Below, piece by piece: positions 1 through 8,259 of a stretch of 39,749 bases of DNA. The position numbers and the translations under genes are program-made. Source of the stretch: a virus. Lineage: Duplodnaviria; Heunggongvirae; Uroviricota; Caudoviricetes. The notes beneath the pieces were generated by a model that saw only the letters and a program-made list of their open reading frames with translations, did not search any database and was not told where the DNA came from. The first letter of the stretch is position 1. Each line of letters opens with the position of its first letter. Where the stretch lies: IMG/VR virus record IMGVR_UViG_2541047827_000012; one strand, written 5' to 3'.

Positions 1-516
1 ATGAAATTTAAAAAATGTCTTCTGCCTGTGGCAACGTTAGCGTCATTCACTCTGGCAGGATGCCAGTCAAATGCTGATGATCATGCCGCCGATGTTTATC
101 AAACCGATCAACTGAATACCAAACAAGAAACTAAAACCGTTAATATTATTTCCATTCTTCCCGCAAAAGTTGCCGTAGACAACTCCCAAAATAAACGAAA
201 CGCACAAGCCTTCGGCGCGCTTATTGGTGCAGTCGCTGGCGGTGTTATTGGCCACAACGTCGGGTCTGGCAGCAATTCCGGAACGACGGCAGGTGCAGTT
301 GGCGGCGGAGCTGTTGGCGCGGCAGCGGGTTCTATGGTGAATGATAAAACCTTAGTGGAAGGTGTTTCTTTAACGTATAAGGAAGGCACCAAAGTGTATA
401 CCTCCACCCAGGTGGGTAAAGAGTGCCAGTTTACGACAGGTTTAGCCGTTGTTATTACCACGACGTATAACGAAACGCGTATTCAGCCAAATACGAAATG
501 TCCTGAAAAGAGCTAA
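1..516 (+). CDS. Lipoprotein with glycine-zipper domain (SlyB/Pcp-like), probably host
   Basis: ATG at 1; signal peptide ending in lipobox LAGC; Gly/Ala-rich GAVAGGVIGHNVGSG...GAVGGGAVGAAAG glycine-zipper stretch; stop 514-516. Confidence 0.6.
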   Translation: MKFKKCLLPVATLASFTLAGCQSNADDHAADVYQTDQLNTKQETKTVNIISILPAKVAVDNSQNKRNAQAFGALIGAVAGGVIGHNVGSGSNSGTTAGAVGGGAVGAAAGSMVNDKTLVEGVSLTYKEGTKVYTSTQVGKECQFTTGLAVVITTTYNETRIQPNTKCPEKS

Positions 517-531
517 TGATCAGGAGGAGTC

Positions 532-1071
532 ATGAAGAAAGTTTTTCTTTGCGCCATCTTAGCCTCCTTAAGCTATCCGGCTATCGCCTCATCATTGCAG
601 GATCAACTCTCTGCTGTCGCAGAAGCGGAACAGCAAGGTAAAAATGAAGAGCAAAGGCAGCATGACGAATGGATCGCGGAGCGCAACAGGGAAATCCAGC
701 AAGAGAAGCAACGTCGCGCAAACGCCCAGGCCGCCGCTAACAAAAGAGCGGCAACGGCAGCGGCAAATAAGAAAGCTCGTCAGGATAAACTGGATGCCGA
801 AGCCACTGCGGACAAAAAACGCGATCAAAGTTATGAAGATGAGCTACGCAGCTTAGAGATTCAGAAACAAAAACTGGCGCTGGCGAAAGAAGAAGCCCGC
901 GTTAAGCGCGAAAACGAATTTATCGATCAGGAACTGAAGCACAAAGCTGCGCAAACCGATGTGGTGCAATCTGAAGCTGACGCAAACAGGAATATGACTG
1001 AGGGCGGTCGCGATCTGATGAAAAGCGTGGGCAAAGCAGAAGAGAACAAATCGGACAGCTGGTTTAACTAA
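532..1071 (+). CDS. Secreted Lys/Glu/Ala/Gln-rich coiled-coil protein, function unknown, probably host
   Basis: Strong SD (caggaggag) before ATG 532; N-terminal Sec signal MKKVFLCAILASLSYPAIAS; low-complexity charged helical body. Confidence 0.5.
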   Translation: MKKVFLCAILASLSYPAIASSLQDQLSAVAEAEQQGKNEEQRQHDEWIAERNREIQQEKQRRANAQAAANKRAATAAANKKARQDKLDAEATADKKRDQSYEDELRSLEIQKQKLALAKEEARVKRENEFIDQELKHKAAQTDVVQSEADANRNMTEGGRDLMKSVGKAEENKSDSWFN

Positions 1072-1118
1072 GCGATGTCAGTAACTTCAAGCCTATGATT
1101 CGTGAGTATAATAAATAT

Positions 1119-1142
1119 CCTCCGGCATAGCCGGAGGTTTTT
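1119..1142 (+). terminator. Rho-independent terminator after the host gene
   Basis: 8-bp GC-rich stem CCTCCGGC/GCCGGAGG with 3-nt loop, followed by TTTTT. Confidence 0.6.
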
Positions 1143-1151
1143 CAAATGCGC

Positions 1152-1858
1152 CTATAAGGCTCTCTTACCAGCCGCGCCCTAACAGGCGCACACGATCTGA
1201 CATTTGCATCCAACTTCGTTACTTACGGCCCGTAAACGGGCTGCCCGGATAGGGAATCGATAACTGCTCTCCCATTTTATCCTCTTCAAGCTGGTGCTTT
1301 ATGTAATCCTGTATCTTCGCCGTGTTCTTACCCACTGTATCGACGTAGTACCCTCTGCACCAGAACTCCCTGTTCCTGTATTTGAATTTCAAATCACCAA
1401 ACTGCTCGTAAAGCATCAGACTGCTTTTCCCTTTCAGATATCCCATAAACCCGGATACGCTCATTTTAGGCGGGATCTCCACAAGCATATGGATATGATC
1501 TGCACAGCATTCAGCTTCCAGAATCCGTACGCTTTTCCACTCACACAGCTTTCTCAAAATACTGCCTATTGCTCTACGCTTCTCTCTGTAGAACACCTGT
1601 CTTCGGTATTTTGGCGCAAAAACTATGTGATATTTACAGTTCCATCGGGTGTGCGCTAAGCTCTTTTCGTTCCCCATTGGGACCCCCTTTTGATTTCTTG
1701 TTTGACACTTGCAGTTGCCAGACCGCAAGGTGTTTTAACAAATCAAAAGGGGTTTTAATAACTGGCTCAAAGCTGAAAGCTTTCCGGAACCCCCAGCCTA
1801 GCTGGGGGTTTTCTGTGCACAAAAAACCCTCTGTAGTAACAGAGGGTTTTGTTCATTC
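1152..1858 (-). mobile_element. IS200 insertion sequence (IS200/IS605 family), ends approximate
   Basis: Contains the IS200 TnpA gene; upstream of tnpA are the two hairpins expected at the IS200 left end (CCCCCAGC/GCTGGGGG at 1790-1808 and A-run/CCCTCTGT-agta-ACAGAGGG/T-run at 1821-1850). About 707 bp fits IS200; exact ends not determined. Confidence 0.7.
1219..1677 (-). CDS. tnpA: IS200 transposase TnpA (Y1 HUH transposase), 152 aa
   Basis: Translation MGNEKSLAHTRWNCKYHIVFAPKYRR...HIHMLVEIPPK...GYYVDTVGKNTAKIQDYIKHQLEEDKMGEQLSIPYPGSPFTGRK matches IS200 TnpA as I recall it; the HxH and catalytic Tyr regions are present; start chosen at the internal ATG (1677) with SD AGGGGG, not the track start at 1728. 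Confidence 0.9.
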   Translation of the reverse strand: MGNEKSLAHTRWNCKYHIVFAPKYRRQVFYREKRRAIGSILRKLCEWKSVRILEAECCADHIHMLVEIPPKMSVSGFMGYLKGKSSLMLYEQFGDLKFKYRNREFWCRGYYVDTVGKNTAKIQDYIKHQLEEDKMGEQLSIPYPGSPFTGRK

Positions 1859-1999
1859 ATAGTGCAGGGTCAAATCATTCCCACTCAATTATTTACGATA
1901 ACCATAACCAATTGAGTGATAACATTTTTCCAAATCTCAATTTTTATCGTACCGTTTTATATACCGTCACCGGAAATCAGTACCATGAAAAATGCCATG

Positions 2000-2482
2000 C
2001 TATCTGGTCAGGGTGTCGTACTGTTTTTCACAGACTCTTCCGGCTTCGGCTGCCCGGTCAGCATACTCTGCCAGTTGTCTGTTTCTCTCGAGAGATTTAC
2101 TGAGCACGTCGGCAAGCAAAACTCCGGTGTCTGCGGCTGACGTCCCAGCGCCGACAATGGCGTTATACTGCCTGAGCTGCTCACGGATGGCAACGAGCTG
2201 TTGCTGCAACCGGCCAGCGCGAGCGGCAGCATCAAGAGCATCATTGCGCGCCTGGTCGATCCTCTGCTGCGCTTCACGTTCATTGATCGCTTTCTCCTGT
2301 TCGTAGTGCTGACGAATTCTCTCATCTTCGGTTTTGCGGTCTTCTTTCGCCTGCGCATACCCGGCGTCGTACTGACGACTGCCGTGTACACTCCAGGCAA
2401 CAACTCCTGATATGACCAGAACAGCAAGCACCGCCATGATAATCAACTGTTTCCGGTATGCTTTTACGAATGCCCAGATCAT
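2000..2482 (-). CDS. Rz-like i-spanin (lysis)
   Basis: N-terminal TM segment then Ala/Gln/Arg-rich coiled coil; directly downstream of the endolysin and overlapping its stop; contains an embedded lipoprotein ORF in another frame. Confidence 0.6.
   Translation of the reverse strand: MIWAFVKAYRKQLIIMAVLAVLVISGVVAWSVHGSRQYDAGYAQAKEDRKTEDERIRQHYEQEKAINEREAQQRIDQARNDALDAAARAGRLQQQLVAIREQLRQYNAIVGAGTSAADTGVLLADVLSKSLERNRQLAEYADRAAEAGRVCEKQYDTLTR
2008..2283 (-). CDS. Rz1-like o-spanin lipoprotein embedded in Rz (+1 frame)
   Basis: Frame inside Rz encodes [26 protein letters not shown] (signal plus lipobox LAGC) followed by a Pro/Ser-rich short tail; start could instead be the ATG at 2244. Confidence 0.5.
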   Translation of the reverse strand: MNVKRSRGSTRRAMMLLMLPLALAGCSNSSLPSVSSSGSITPLSALGRQPQTPEFCLPTCSVNLSRETDNWQSMLTGQPKPEESVKNSTTP

Positions 2483-3108
2483 ACCGCCAGCACCTTACTG
2501 GCATTGATGTATCGCGCGCGCCGGTCGTCGATGCCGTTCCGGCCACCATTGATAATCAGAGTTACACGTGCAATATCGCCGGTATACTTCATGCATCCTT
2601 TGCTGGCAAAGAACCACGCCGCGCTACGAGCCGCGTATTCGTCCTGCGCCAGCAGTTCAGGACTCTCCAGCAGGTCAACCTTAAGACCGTTTCCACAGTC
2701 ACGATAGTTATTCAAACCGGTAACCTGGATAAGCCCGCGCCCACGGTAGTTCCAGCCATCACCAGGGGCATTGTTCCCCATGCGTTTGCTGTACACCAGA
2801 TTGGCAATCGCTCTCTGGCGCTCAAGTGGCAATGGTGGTTCGCCTGCACGTCGCCCCAATGCGTTGGCCTGTCCCTGAGTGAGACGCCCAGCCCGAACAA
2901 AGTTAGCCAGTCCGCTGACGCTGTAGTTGAAATTCTCCTGCAACCGGGTGAAGCCTCCAGACTCATGCCCGACCTGAGCAATAAACATAGCCTGATCTTC
3001 TGGTTTGCTGATACCAAACTCTTTCATCGCAGAAGTTATATGCGAGAACCAGCGTGCGGCCAGTGCCTCGCTGATACCAGCAGCTCGCTGGAATTGTTTA
3101 ATCTCCAT
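2479..3108 (-). CDS. Endolysin, glycoside hydrolase family 19 (chitinase-like lysozyme)
   Basis: Motifs GHESGGF and [15 protein letters not shown] resemble GH19 catalytic/signature regions; sits between holin candidates and Rz. Confidence 0.75.
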   Translation of the reverse strand: MEIKQFQRAAGISEALAARWFSHITSAMKEFGISKPEDQAMFIAQVGHESGGFTRLQENFNYSVSGLANFVRAGRLTQGQANALGRRAGEPPLPLERQRAIANLVYSKRMGNNAPGDGWNYRGRGLIQVTGLNNYRDCGNGLKVDLLESPELLAQDEYAARSAAWFFASKGCMKYTGDIARVTLIINGGRNGIDDRRARYINASKVLAV

Positions 3109-3406
3109 GTTTAGACCTCGATACTTTGAAAATTTGAACGACGTTACCGCGCGTTTTAATAACCGCAGCTAGCATGACAGCGTTGATAATGACCTCAGAT
3201 AAATCCACAGCCATTGGCGTACGTAACCAGATTGCATAGGCGACACGAACAGGAATACTGGCCGCAGCAACAATCAGGAAATAAGCAAGCCATCCTCCCC
3301 ACCTTCGGTGTTGAGAGCCGTTACGCCGGAATGTGACAACGCGAATTGCTATGCCAGTGCAAATAACTGCATTGGTGATAAGCAAAAAAAACTCATGCGT
3401 TACCAT
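3098..3406 (-). CDS. Small membrane protein, putative holin or antiholin
   Basis: 102 aa with 2-3 hydrophobic helices, directly upstream of and overlapping the endolysin gene. Confidence 0.45.
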   Translation of the reverse strand: MVTHEFFLLITNAVICTGIAIRVVTFRRNGSQHRRWGGWLAYFLIVAAASIPVRVAYAIWLRTPMAVDLSEVIINAVMLAAVIKTRGNVVQIFKVSRSKHGD

Positions 3407-3806
3407 CGTCTTTTCTCCCCGGAATTAACTCGCGTGGATTATCGGAACGGTGATAGAGCCATATACCAATACGCACAGCGACAATTGCTGACACGAATGC
3501 GCCTGCAGAGAAAACAATCCCTTTTTCAAAAGAGTCCTGCGTGATGGTAGGGATCAGGCTGGCTATGCCGATAAGAATTGATGCTGCTGGTTTGTAAAAG
3601 AGAAGGCCGCAAAGAAAGCTGAGCATCGACAGGAGCACCCGGCGACGGATGGGGTACTCTACTGCAGAGGTAACAAAAATTACCGCTCCAGCCAAAGCAC
3701 CCAAAGCAACCTCAGGAGGAACTCCTGCTATCACCGCCGCCAGAGAACTCATGCTAAGCCACTGATTTAAAGTTTCACTGGTTAGTTGAGCTGACATGTT
3801 TTCCAC
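3393..3806 (-). CDS. Membrane protein, putative holin
   Basis: 137 aa with about 3 TM helices and a charged C-terminus; first gene of the lysis cassette. Confidence 0.5.
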   Translation of the reverse strand: MENMSAQLTSETLNQWLSMSSLAAVIAGVPPEVALGALAGAVIFVTSAVEYPIRRRVLLSMLSFLCGLLFYKPAASILIGIASLIPTITQDSFEKGIVFSAGAFVSAIVAVRIGIWLYHRSDNPRELIPGRKDDGNA

Positions 3807-3999
3807 CGTTTATATGCATAACAACCTCCTGAACAGTAAAGCATTACGCATAATAAACCATTTATGGTTTTTTGTTACTTTAACATCGTCAATTCCCTGT
3901 TTTTCATGCCGAGAATAAAGCTCACCTTTTACATGACTCTGAAGAAACAAACAGTGAAGAGCAGGTTGAATACCGCACCATTTAATGGCGCGGTAGCAG

Positions 4000-4296
4000 T
4001 CAAATAGAGAAATAAACACAAAAACAAAAAACAACAGGAACAGCAAAATCCAACAGACTTCCCACATCCCACACGCGTGGATCAAAACCTCCCCACCACG
4101 GCATGTTGATACGTTTCCCTTTCCCAAACTTTTCTATCCAGCGATATTCTGCCTGGGTGTGTTCACGCGCAATGAAGAACGTACAACCGGCTATCGCACC
4201 GTAAGCCCAGTTTCCGGTAAAAATACCAACCAGTACCTGAGCCACAAAAGCGCAAAGCGAGTGAAGAAATGGAGTGACATCAATGCTCTTAATCAT
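4000..4296 (-). CDS. Small membrane protein of unknown function, translationally coupled to the tailspike
   Basis: 98 aa with two hydrophobic segments; start overlaps the tailspike stop; AT-rich. Confidence 0.45.
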   Translation of the reverse strand: MIKSIDVTPFLHSLCAFVAQVLVGIFTGNWAYGAIAGCTFFIAREHTQAEYRWIEKFGKGKRINMPWWGGFDPRVWDVGSLLDFAVPVVFCFCVYFSI

Positions 4297-6482
4297 GAAA
4301 CTTCCCCATTGGTTGAAAATATGGCTCCTCCAACGCCAAGTGTATTTCGTGTTGTGCTCAACCTCAGAGGGCTGGAGTCAGAATTAGAATATCCTGTAGC
4401 AGAAATAAAAGATCCTCCACTAATAGTCAACTGCGGAACATCGGCTATATCTGAATAAGTTCTGTCAGCAACAGTATTATTTATAGCCACATATGATCCA
4501 AAAAAACTTCTTATTGTTTGGTTTTTAACTTTACTTCCTTCAATGGTTATCCTACTACCACAGTCGGCAATAAATCCTGAATCTGCATCCAGCGTTGCAT
4601 TCATAAAAGAAGCTTCAGATCTCTCTACATCAATCCATCTAATATCTTTTGTGGGATTTGCACCAAATACATGACAAATATTAGAGTTAAACCTTACACC
4701 ATCTTGGAGGTGCATTAATTTTTTTATATCTGTACCCCATAGCCTTGGAAAATTAACAGATGCTCCTGCATGGCAATCAAATCCCAGCTCAGCCCCTGAG
4801 ATATCTACAGCCTTTCCTGAAATAACAGCACCAGTGTCTGCATTAACGGCTGTTCCACAATTGCGCATATCATTACCAGCAACATCAACGCAACCCGCAC
4901 CATCAATACGCACACCAAGTGCACATCCATAAAAACCTTTTTCAATATTTGGTTCAAGGACTTTACCACTTGTTTCTGCATCACTTTCTTCAACGTCATG
5001 TCGTCTTGCATCAACATATGCTGTATGAATGCAGGTTAATCCACGATATGAGCAATGTATAGTTTTATGGTCGCGTATATTAACATTTGAACCATCTCTT
5101 ACATTCCATCCTATATAACAATAGCTTGCACTTGACCCCTGAAAATCTGCTTTAACATTATAAATACAATTAACTGACGCAACCGTACTCTCTGTGCACC
5201 GTTCAAACTTGCTTACAGGCATTGATGCCTTGACATTATTTACCAGTTGCAGGGAAGAGTATCTGCTATAAGAAAAATCACATACGTAATACCCTTCTGG
5301 CATATATGCAGCAACACTTTCCTCATCAGGAGCACATCCGGTATGATATGCACTAATTTTTGCACCAAAACTACCATGAATTCCAACGTAGAACTTTCGA
5401 GCACCTGAATACGGATAGAAATTAAGTTCAGCTTTTTGAGTTACAATAAATGCACAAACATCGCTATCATCTCTATTTTCTTCGATCTGAATAGCAAATA
5501 CAGGACTTTTTGCTGCATCGCAAATGTAAAATAAATACTTGTATTCGTAATACGTTCTAACGATTTTAGTAAACAAACGAGTGTCAGAGAAAACCACTGA
5601 GTCTTCTGATGTTATTTTAATCCAAGACAAATCAACACCTGAACTGAATTCAATTTGATAGTTGATAATATGCCCGGTCTTAATTCTTATTTCGCAGAAA
5701 GCATTACCACCATCCCACATAGGTCTCATTGACTGGGCTGCAATGATTGCATCTTTGAGTGTAGGGTAATCACCCCATTCGCCAACAGTAATAACAAAAG
5801 TATAATATGAGTTAAAAACAGCGGCATTTTTGCCTTTGGATATCAACTCCTTAATCATAAAAATATTATCTTCGTAATCACAAGGAGAAATTATATCCCT
5901 CATTTTGCTTTGAAATGTTCGTTGTCTTGCCCCGCTTCCTGACGGTATAAACCAACCAAAACCACCAACAACCCCGGCGATTGCAGCATCGACATAATTA
6001 CGCATTGAGCGATTATTTACAGCGTCCTGCTCAAATGATGGATCTGCAAGGTTAGAAATTTTGTTTTGCTTTGCATCGTAATATTTTGCAAGCAAAGATG
6101 GTTTCATCAATGCACGTCTGAACCACCCAAAACATCGCTGGATCAGCATCGTCAGGTAGTCAAATGCATCTTCATGAACTTCGGGGAAAAATTTTCCCTG
6201 ATTGCGAAGATCAGTCTCCTGCACCACATCAAGCACACGCTCTATCGTAATTCGCCAGCCAGCAGCAAGCGGCGACGGGAGAACCACTTCACCGCCACTA
6301 TAAGTGCCCGCTCCAGTTACCTTATAACCGGTATCCAGAACCAATTCTGTTACGTTCCCGTTCAGGTCAGACACCTGAACAACCAGGTCGGTTTTTTTGA
6401 AAATACGGAAGGTATACGGAAATGATGTCGTAACGCCGTTACCGGTGTATTCGTTGTGGTCAACTTCGGTTGAGACCGTCAT
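4293..6482 (-). CDS. Tailspike/tail fiber: conserved T7 gp17-like N-terminal domain plus divergent C-terminal receptor-binding domain
   Basis: 729 aa; N-terminus MTVSTEVDHNEYTGNGVTTSFPYTFRIFK...DTGYKVTG follows the tail-fiber N-terminal adaptor pattern; C-terminal 500 aa is AT-rich with Gly/Ser/Asn/Cys-rich repeats typical of beta-helix receptor-binding domains. Confidence 0.8.
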   Translation of the reverse strand: MTVSTEVDHNEYTGNGVTTSFPYTFRIFKKTDLVVQVSDLNGNVTELVLDTGYKVTGAGTYSGGEVVLPSPLAAGWRITIERVLDVVQETDLRNQGKFFPEVHEDAFDYLTMLIQRCFGWFRRALMKPSLLAKYYDAKQNKISNLADPSFEQDAVNNRSMRNYVDAAIAGVVGGFGWFIPSGSGARQRTFQSKMRDIISPCDYEDNIFMIKELISKGKNAAVFNSYYTFVITVGEWGDYPTLKDAIIAAQSMRPMWDGGNAFCEIRIKTGHIINYQIEFSSGVDLSWIKITSEDSVVFSDTRLFTKIVRTYYEYKYLFYICDAAKSPVFAIQIEENRDDSDVCAFIVTQKAELNFYPYSGARKFYVGIHGSFGAKISAYHTGCAPDEESVAAYMPEGYYVCDFSYSRYSSLQLVNNVKASMPVSKFERCTESTVASVNCIYNVKADFQGSSASYCYIGWNVRDGSNVNIRDHKTIHCSYRGLTCIHTAYVDARRHDVEESDAETSGKVLEPNIEKGFYGCALGVRIDGAGCVDVAGNDMRNCGTAVNADTGAVISGKAVDISGAELGFDCHAGASVNFPRLWGTDIKKLMHLQDGVRFNSNICHVFGANPTKDIRWIDVERSEASFMNATLDADSGFIADCGSRITIEGSKVKNQTIRSFFGSYVAINNTVADRTYSDIADVPQLTISGGSFISATGYSNSDSSPLRLSTTRNTLGVGGAIFSTNGEVS

Positions 6483-6586
6483 GTTAAATCTCCAGATAGT
6501 CGCAGCACCCGTTGCGCCGCATATCTGGTTATTCTATTACCTGTAAAACCACATATGGATAGAAAGACTGTAAATACGAATAGATA

Positions 6587-6601
6587 TTACCTTTCAGGTA
6601 A
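6587..6601. promoter_or_regulatory. Operator-like palindrome TTACCTTTCAGGTAA
   Basis: Perfect TTACC-N5-GGTAA inverted repeat about 40 bp upstream of the LexA box and antirepressor-paralog gene. Confidence 0.6.
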
Positions 6602-6638
6602 TTTGCAAAACGTGCTGGATAGCAAACAAATTATTTGA

Positions 6639-6658
6639 TACTGTATAAATATACAGTT
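6639..6658. promoter_or_regulatory. LexA (SOS) box
   Basis: TACTGTATAAATATACAGTT matches the CTGT-N8-ACAG LexA consensus; 20 bp upstream of ATG 6678 and overlaps a TATAAA -10-like element. Confidence 0.7.
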
Positions 6659-6677
6659 ATTGCATGGAGAAGATAAG

Positions 6678-6935
6678 ATGCAGCAGTATCACTATCCACT
6701 GGAAGACGGATTTACCGAAAGGATTCACACGCCGGGAGGCGTCAGGTCACTGGTGGAGGGATCGCACTTGATGAAATTACTCCGGGATCTCGATAAGGAT
6801 GGATTTAATGTCGATGGCCCACTTGCCGAACTGACTGCACTGATTAACTACGTCACCAGCTCACAGATGTCTATGCGGGATCTGCAAACACATCTCGACT
6901 ATTGTGCCGAACAATTACGAAAACAAACCAGATAA
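6678..6935 (+). CDS. Antirepressor C-terminal-domain paralog (lacks Bro-N domain), 85 aa
   Basis: SD GGAG before ATG 6678; sequence ...GVRSLVEGSHLMKLLRDLDKDGFNVDGPLAELTALINYV...RDLQTHLDY aligns at roughly 40-45 percent identity to the last 85 residues of the Bro-N protein at 7249..7935. Confidence 0.6.
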   Translation: MQQYHYPLEDGFTERIHTPGGVRSLVEGSHLMKLLRDLDKDGFNVDGPLAELTALINYVTSSQMSMRDLQTHLDYCAEQLRKQTR

Positions 6936-6966
6936 GGTTTGCAATTGCCAAGTGGAGTGCTTATAT

Positions 6967-6981
6967 TTACCTTTGCGGTAA
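6967..6981. promoter_or_regulatory. Operator-like palindrome TTACCTTTGCGGTAA
   Basis: Perfect TTACC-N5-GGTAA in the 312-bp non-coding stretch between the paralog and the antirepressor gene. Confidence 0.55.
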
Positions 6982-7248
6982 ATTTACATCGCACTCCTCT
7001 TGTGCCATAGTAATCGGGCACTGGCAAAATCCAGTGCCGGGATTGGCGTCCCGAGTTACTACAGAGGCACATATGCCGCATAAGCGGTTTTTTTTATGTG
7101 TAAAGCGCACCTATTCTATGGTGGGCTGTGTGGGGGCACCGAAAGGTGCGCCGGGTCCTTTGTAGCCGGTTACGCCAACCCTGCACAGTTCACCACCAAC
7201 CGATTGGCGTCGGTAGTGGTGATTAACCTAACTACAAAGGTGATCACT

Positions 7249-7935
7249 ATGACTGCTAACGTAACCCCATCTGTTTTTCATTTTGAATCAGAAGCAACCA
7301 TTCGAGCCATTGTTATTGATGGAAATCCTTGGTTTGTTGCCAAAGACGTTATTAAAGCTCTTCAACTGACAAACCCCACTATGTCAATAAAATCTCTTGA
7401 TGATGATGAAAGGGCTAAATTTAACTTAGGCCGTCAAGGCGAAACCAATATTATCAACGAGTCAGGCCTCTACACACTGATCCTCCGCTGCCGCGATGCA
7501 GTAACACCAGGCACTATCCCCTACCGCTTTCGCAAATGGGTTACAGGTGAGGTTCTTCCTCAGATCCGCCGCACCGGAAGTTACATTAAAAACTCGCTCC
7601 CGCAGGAAGAACGCATAAAGATGGTTGCCGACCAGGTTGCAAACGCCACAGCATCAGCAGTGATGCAGGCAATGAAGATAGAGAACAAAACCTACAGCGC
7701 CCCACTGAAGCCCGGCTACCGCAGCCTGATTCATTCGCCGTCTGGTGTTCTCGGCCTGACGGAGAACTCACTGCTGATGAATTTGCTGAACCAGTTACAG
7801 GAAGACGGGCATGACGTATCGGGCGCGGCGGCGGAGCTGACTACCATGTTCTGCTACATCGTCGGTGTGAGCAAATGCCTGCGTGATATCCAGACGCACG
7901 CGGAGTACATCAACGACAAGGCAGGGTTCTTCTGA
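7249..7935 (+). CDS. Antirepressor (Bro-N domain plus KilA-C-like C-terminal domain)
   Basis: SD AAAGGTGA before ATG 7249; Bro-N pattern FHFESEATIRAIVIDGNPWFVAKDVIKALQL...ESGLYTLILRCRDAVTPGTIPYRFRKWVTGEVLPQIRRTGSYI. Confidence 0.8.
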   Translation: MTANVTPSVFHFESEATIRAIVIDGNPWFVAKDVIKALQLTNPTMSIKSLDDDERAKFNLGRQGETNIINESGLYTLILRCRDAVTPGTIPYRFRKWVTGEVLPQIRRTGSYIKNSLPQEERIKMVADQVANATASAVMQAMKIENKTYSAPLKPGYRSLIHSPSGVLGLTENSLLMNLLNQLQEDGHDVSGAAAELTTMFCYIVGVSKCLRDIQTHAEYINDKAGFF

Positions 7936-8008
7936 CAGAACGGCGGCACAGGGATGTGCCTTTAAATAATTCTGTACAGATTGCAGACCGGGGGTGAATA
8001 GCGTACTA

Positions 8009-8023
8009 TTACCTTAAAGGTAA
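8009..8023. promoter_or_regulatory. Operator-like palindrome TTACCTTAAAGGTAA overlapping a putative promoter
   Basis: Perfect TTACC-N5-GGTAA; putative -35 TTGCAG (7981-7986) and -10 TACTAT (8004-8009) with 17-bp spacing put the site over the -10 and start of the 8050 operon. Confidence 0.55.
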
Positions 8024-8049
8024 ACCATGTGTTTACATGAGGAGGAGAT

Positions 8050-8259
8050 ATGGGATTTTGGTTCGCTCGTACAAAAACGAGGGATAATGCACCCAGCCCT
8101 CAGGCAAAAAATGCAGAAGTTCCGGCGTCAGCGCAGGTTAACAAGCGTGGTGGTGTGTATATCTCATCACAGCAAATTTCTGAGCTTCCTGAGGTTAAGG
8201 AGATGCGTCGTCTCGCTGCTGCAATCGTTAAACAGGATCTTGCCACTGTAAGGAAATAG
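8050..8259 (+). CDS. Hypothetical 69-aa protein, first gene of accessory operon
   Basis: Strong SD GAGGAGGAG 6 nt before ATG 8050; stop overlaps start of the next gene. Confidence 0.5.
   Translation: MGFWFARTKTRDNAPSPQAKNAEVPASAQVNKRGGVYISSQQISELPEVKEMRRLAAAIVKQDLATVRK

Noticed and set aside
1859-1999. attL core between IS200 and the Rz gene
   Set aside because: No tRNA 3-prime-end-like sequence or other recognisable repeat; cannot be assigned without the sequence beyond the integrase.
3810-4127. 105-aa minus-strand ORF with a hydrophobic segment
   Set aside because: Overlaps the better-supported 4000..4296 gene by about 70-130 nt in another frame; may be real with a later start but could not be resolved.
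6902-7165. 87-aa plus-strand ORF (and 60-aa minus-strand ORF 6899..7081) in the spacer between the antirepressor genes
   Set aside because: No RBS, Cys/His-rich non-protein-like composition, runs across hairpins; the region is more plausibly regulatory.
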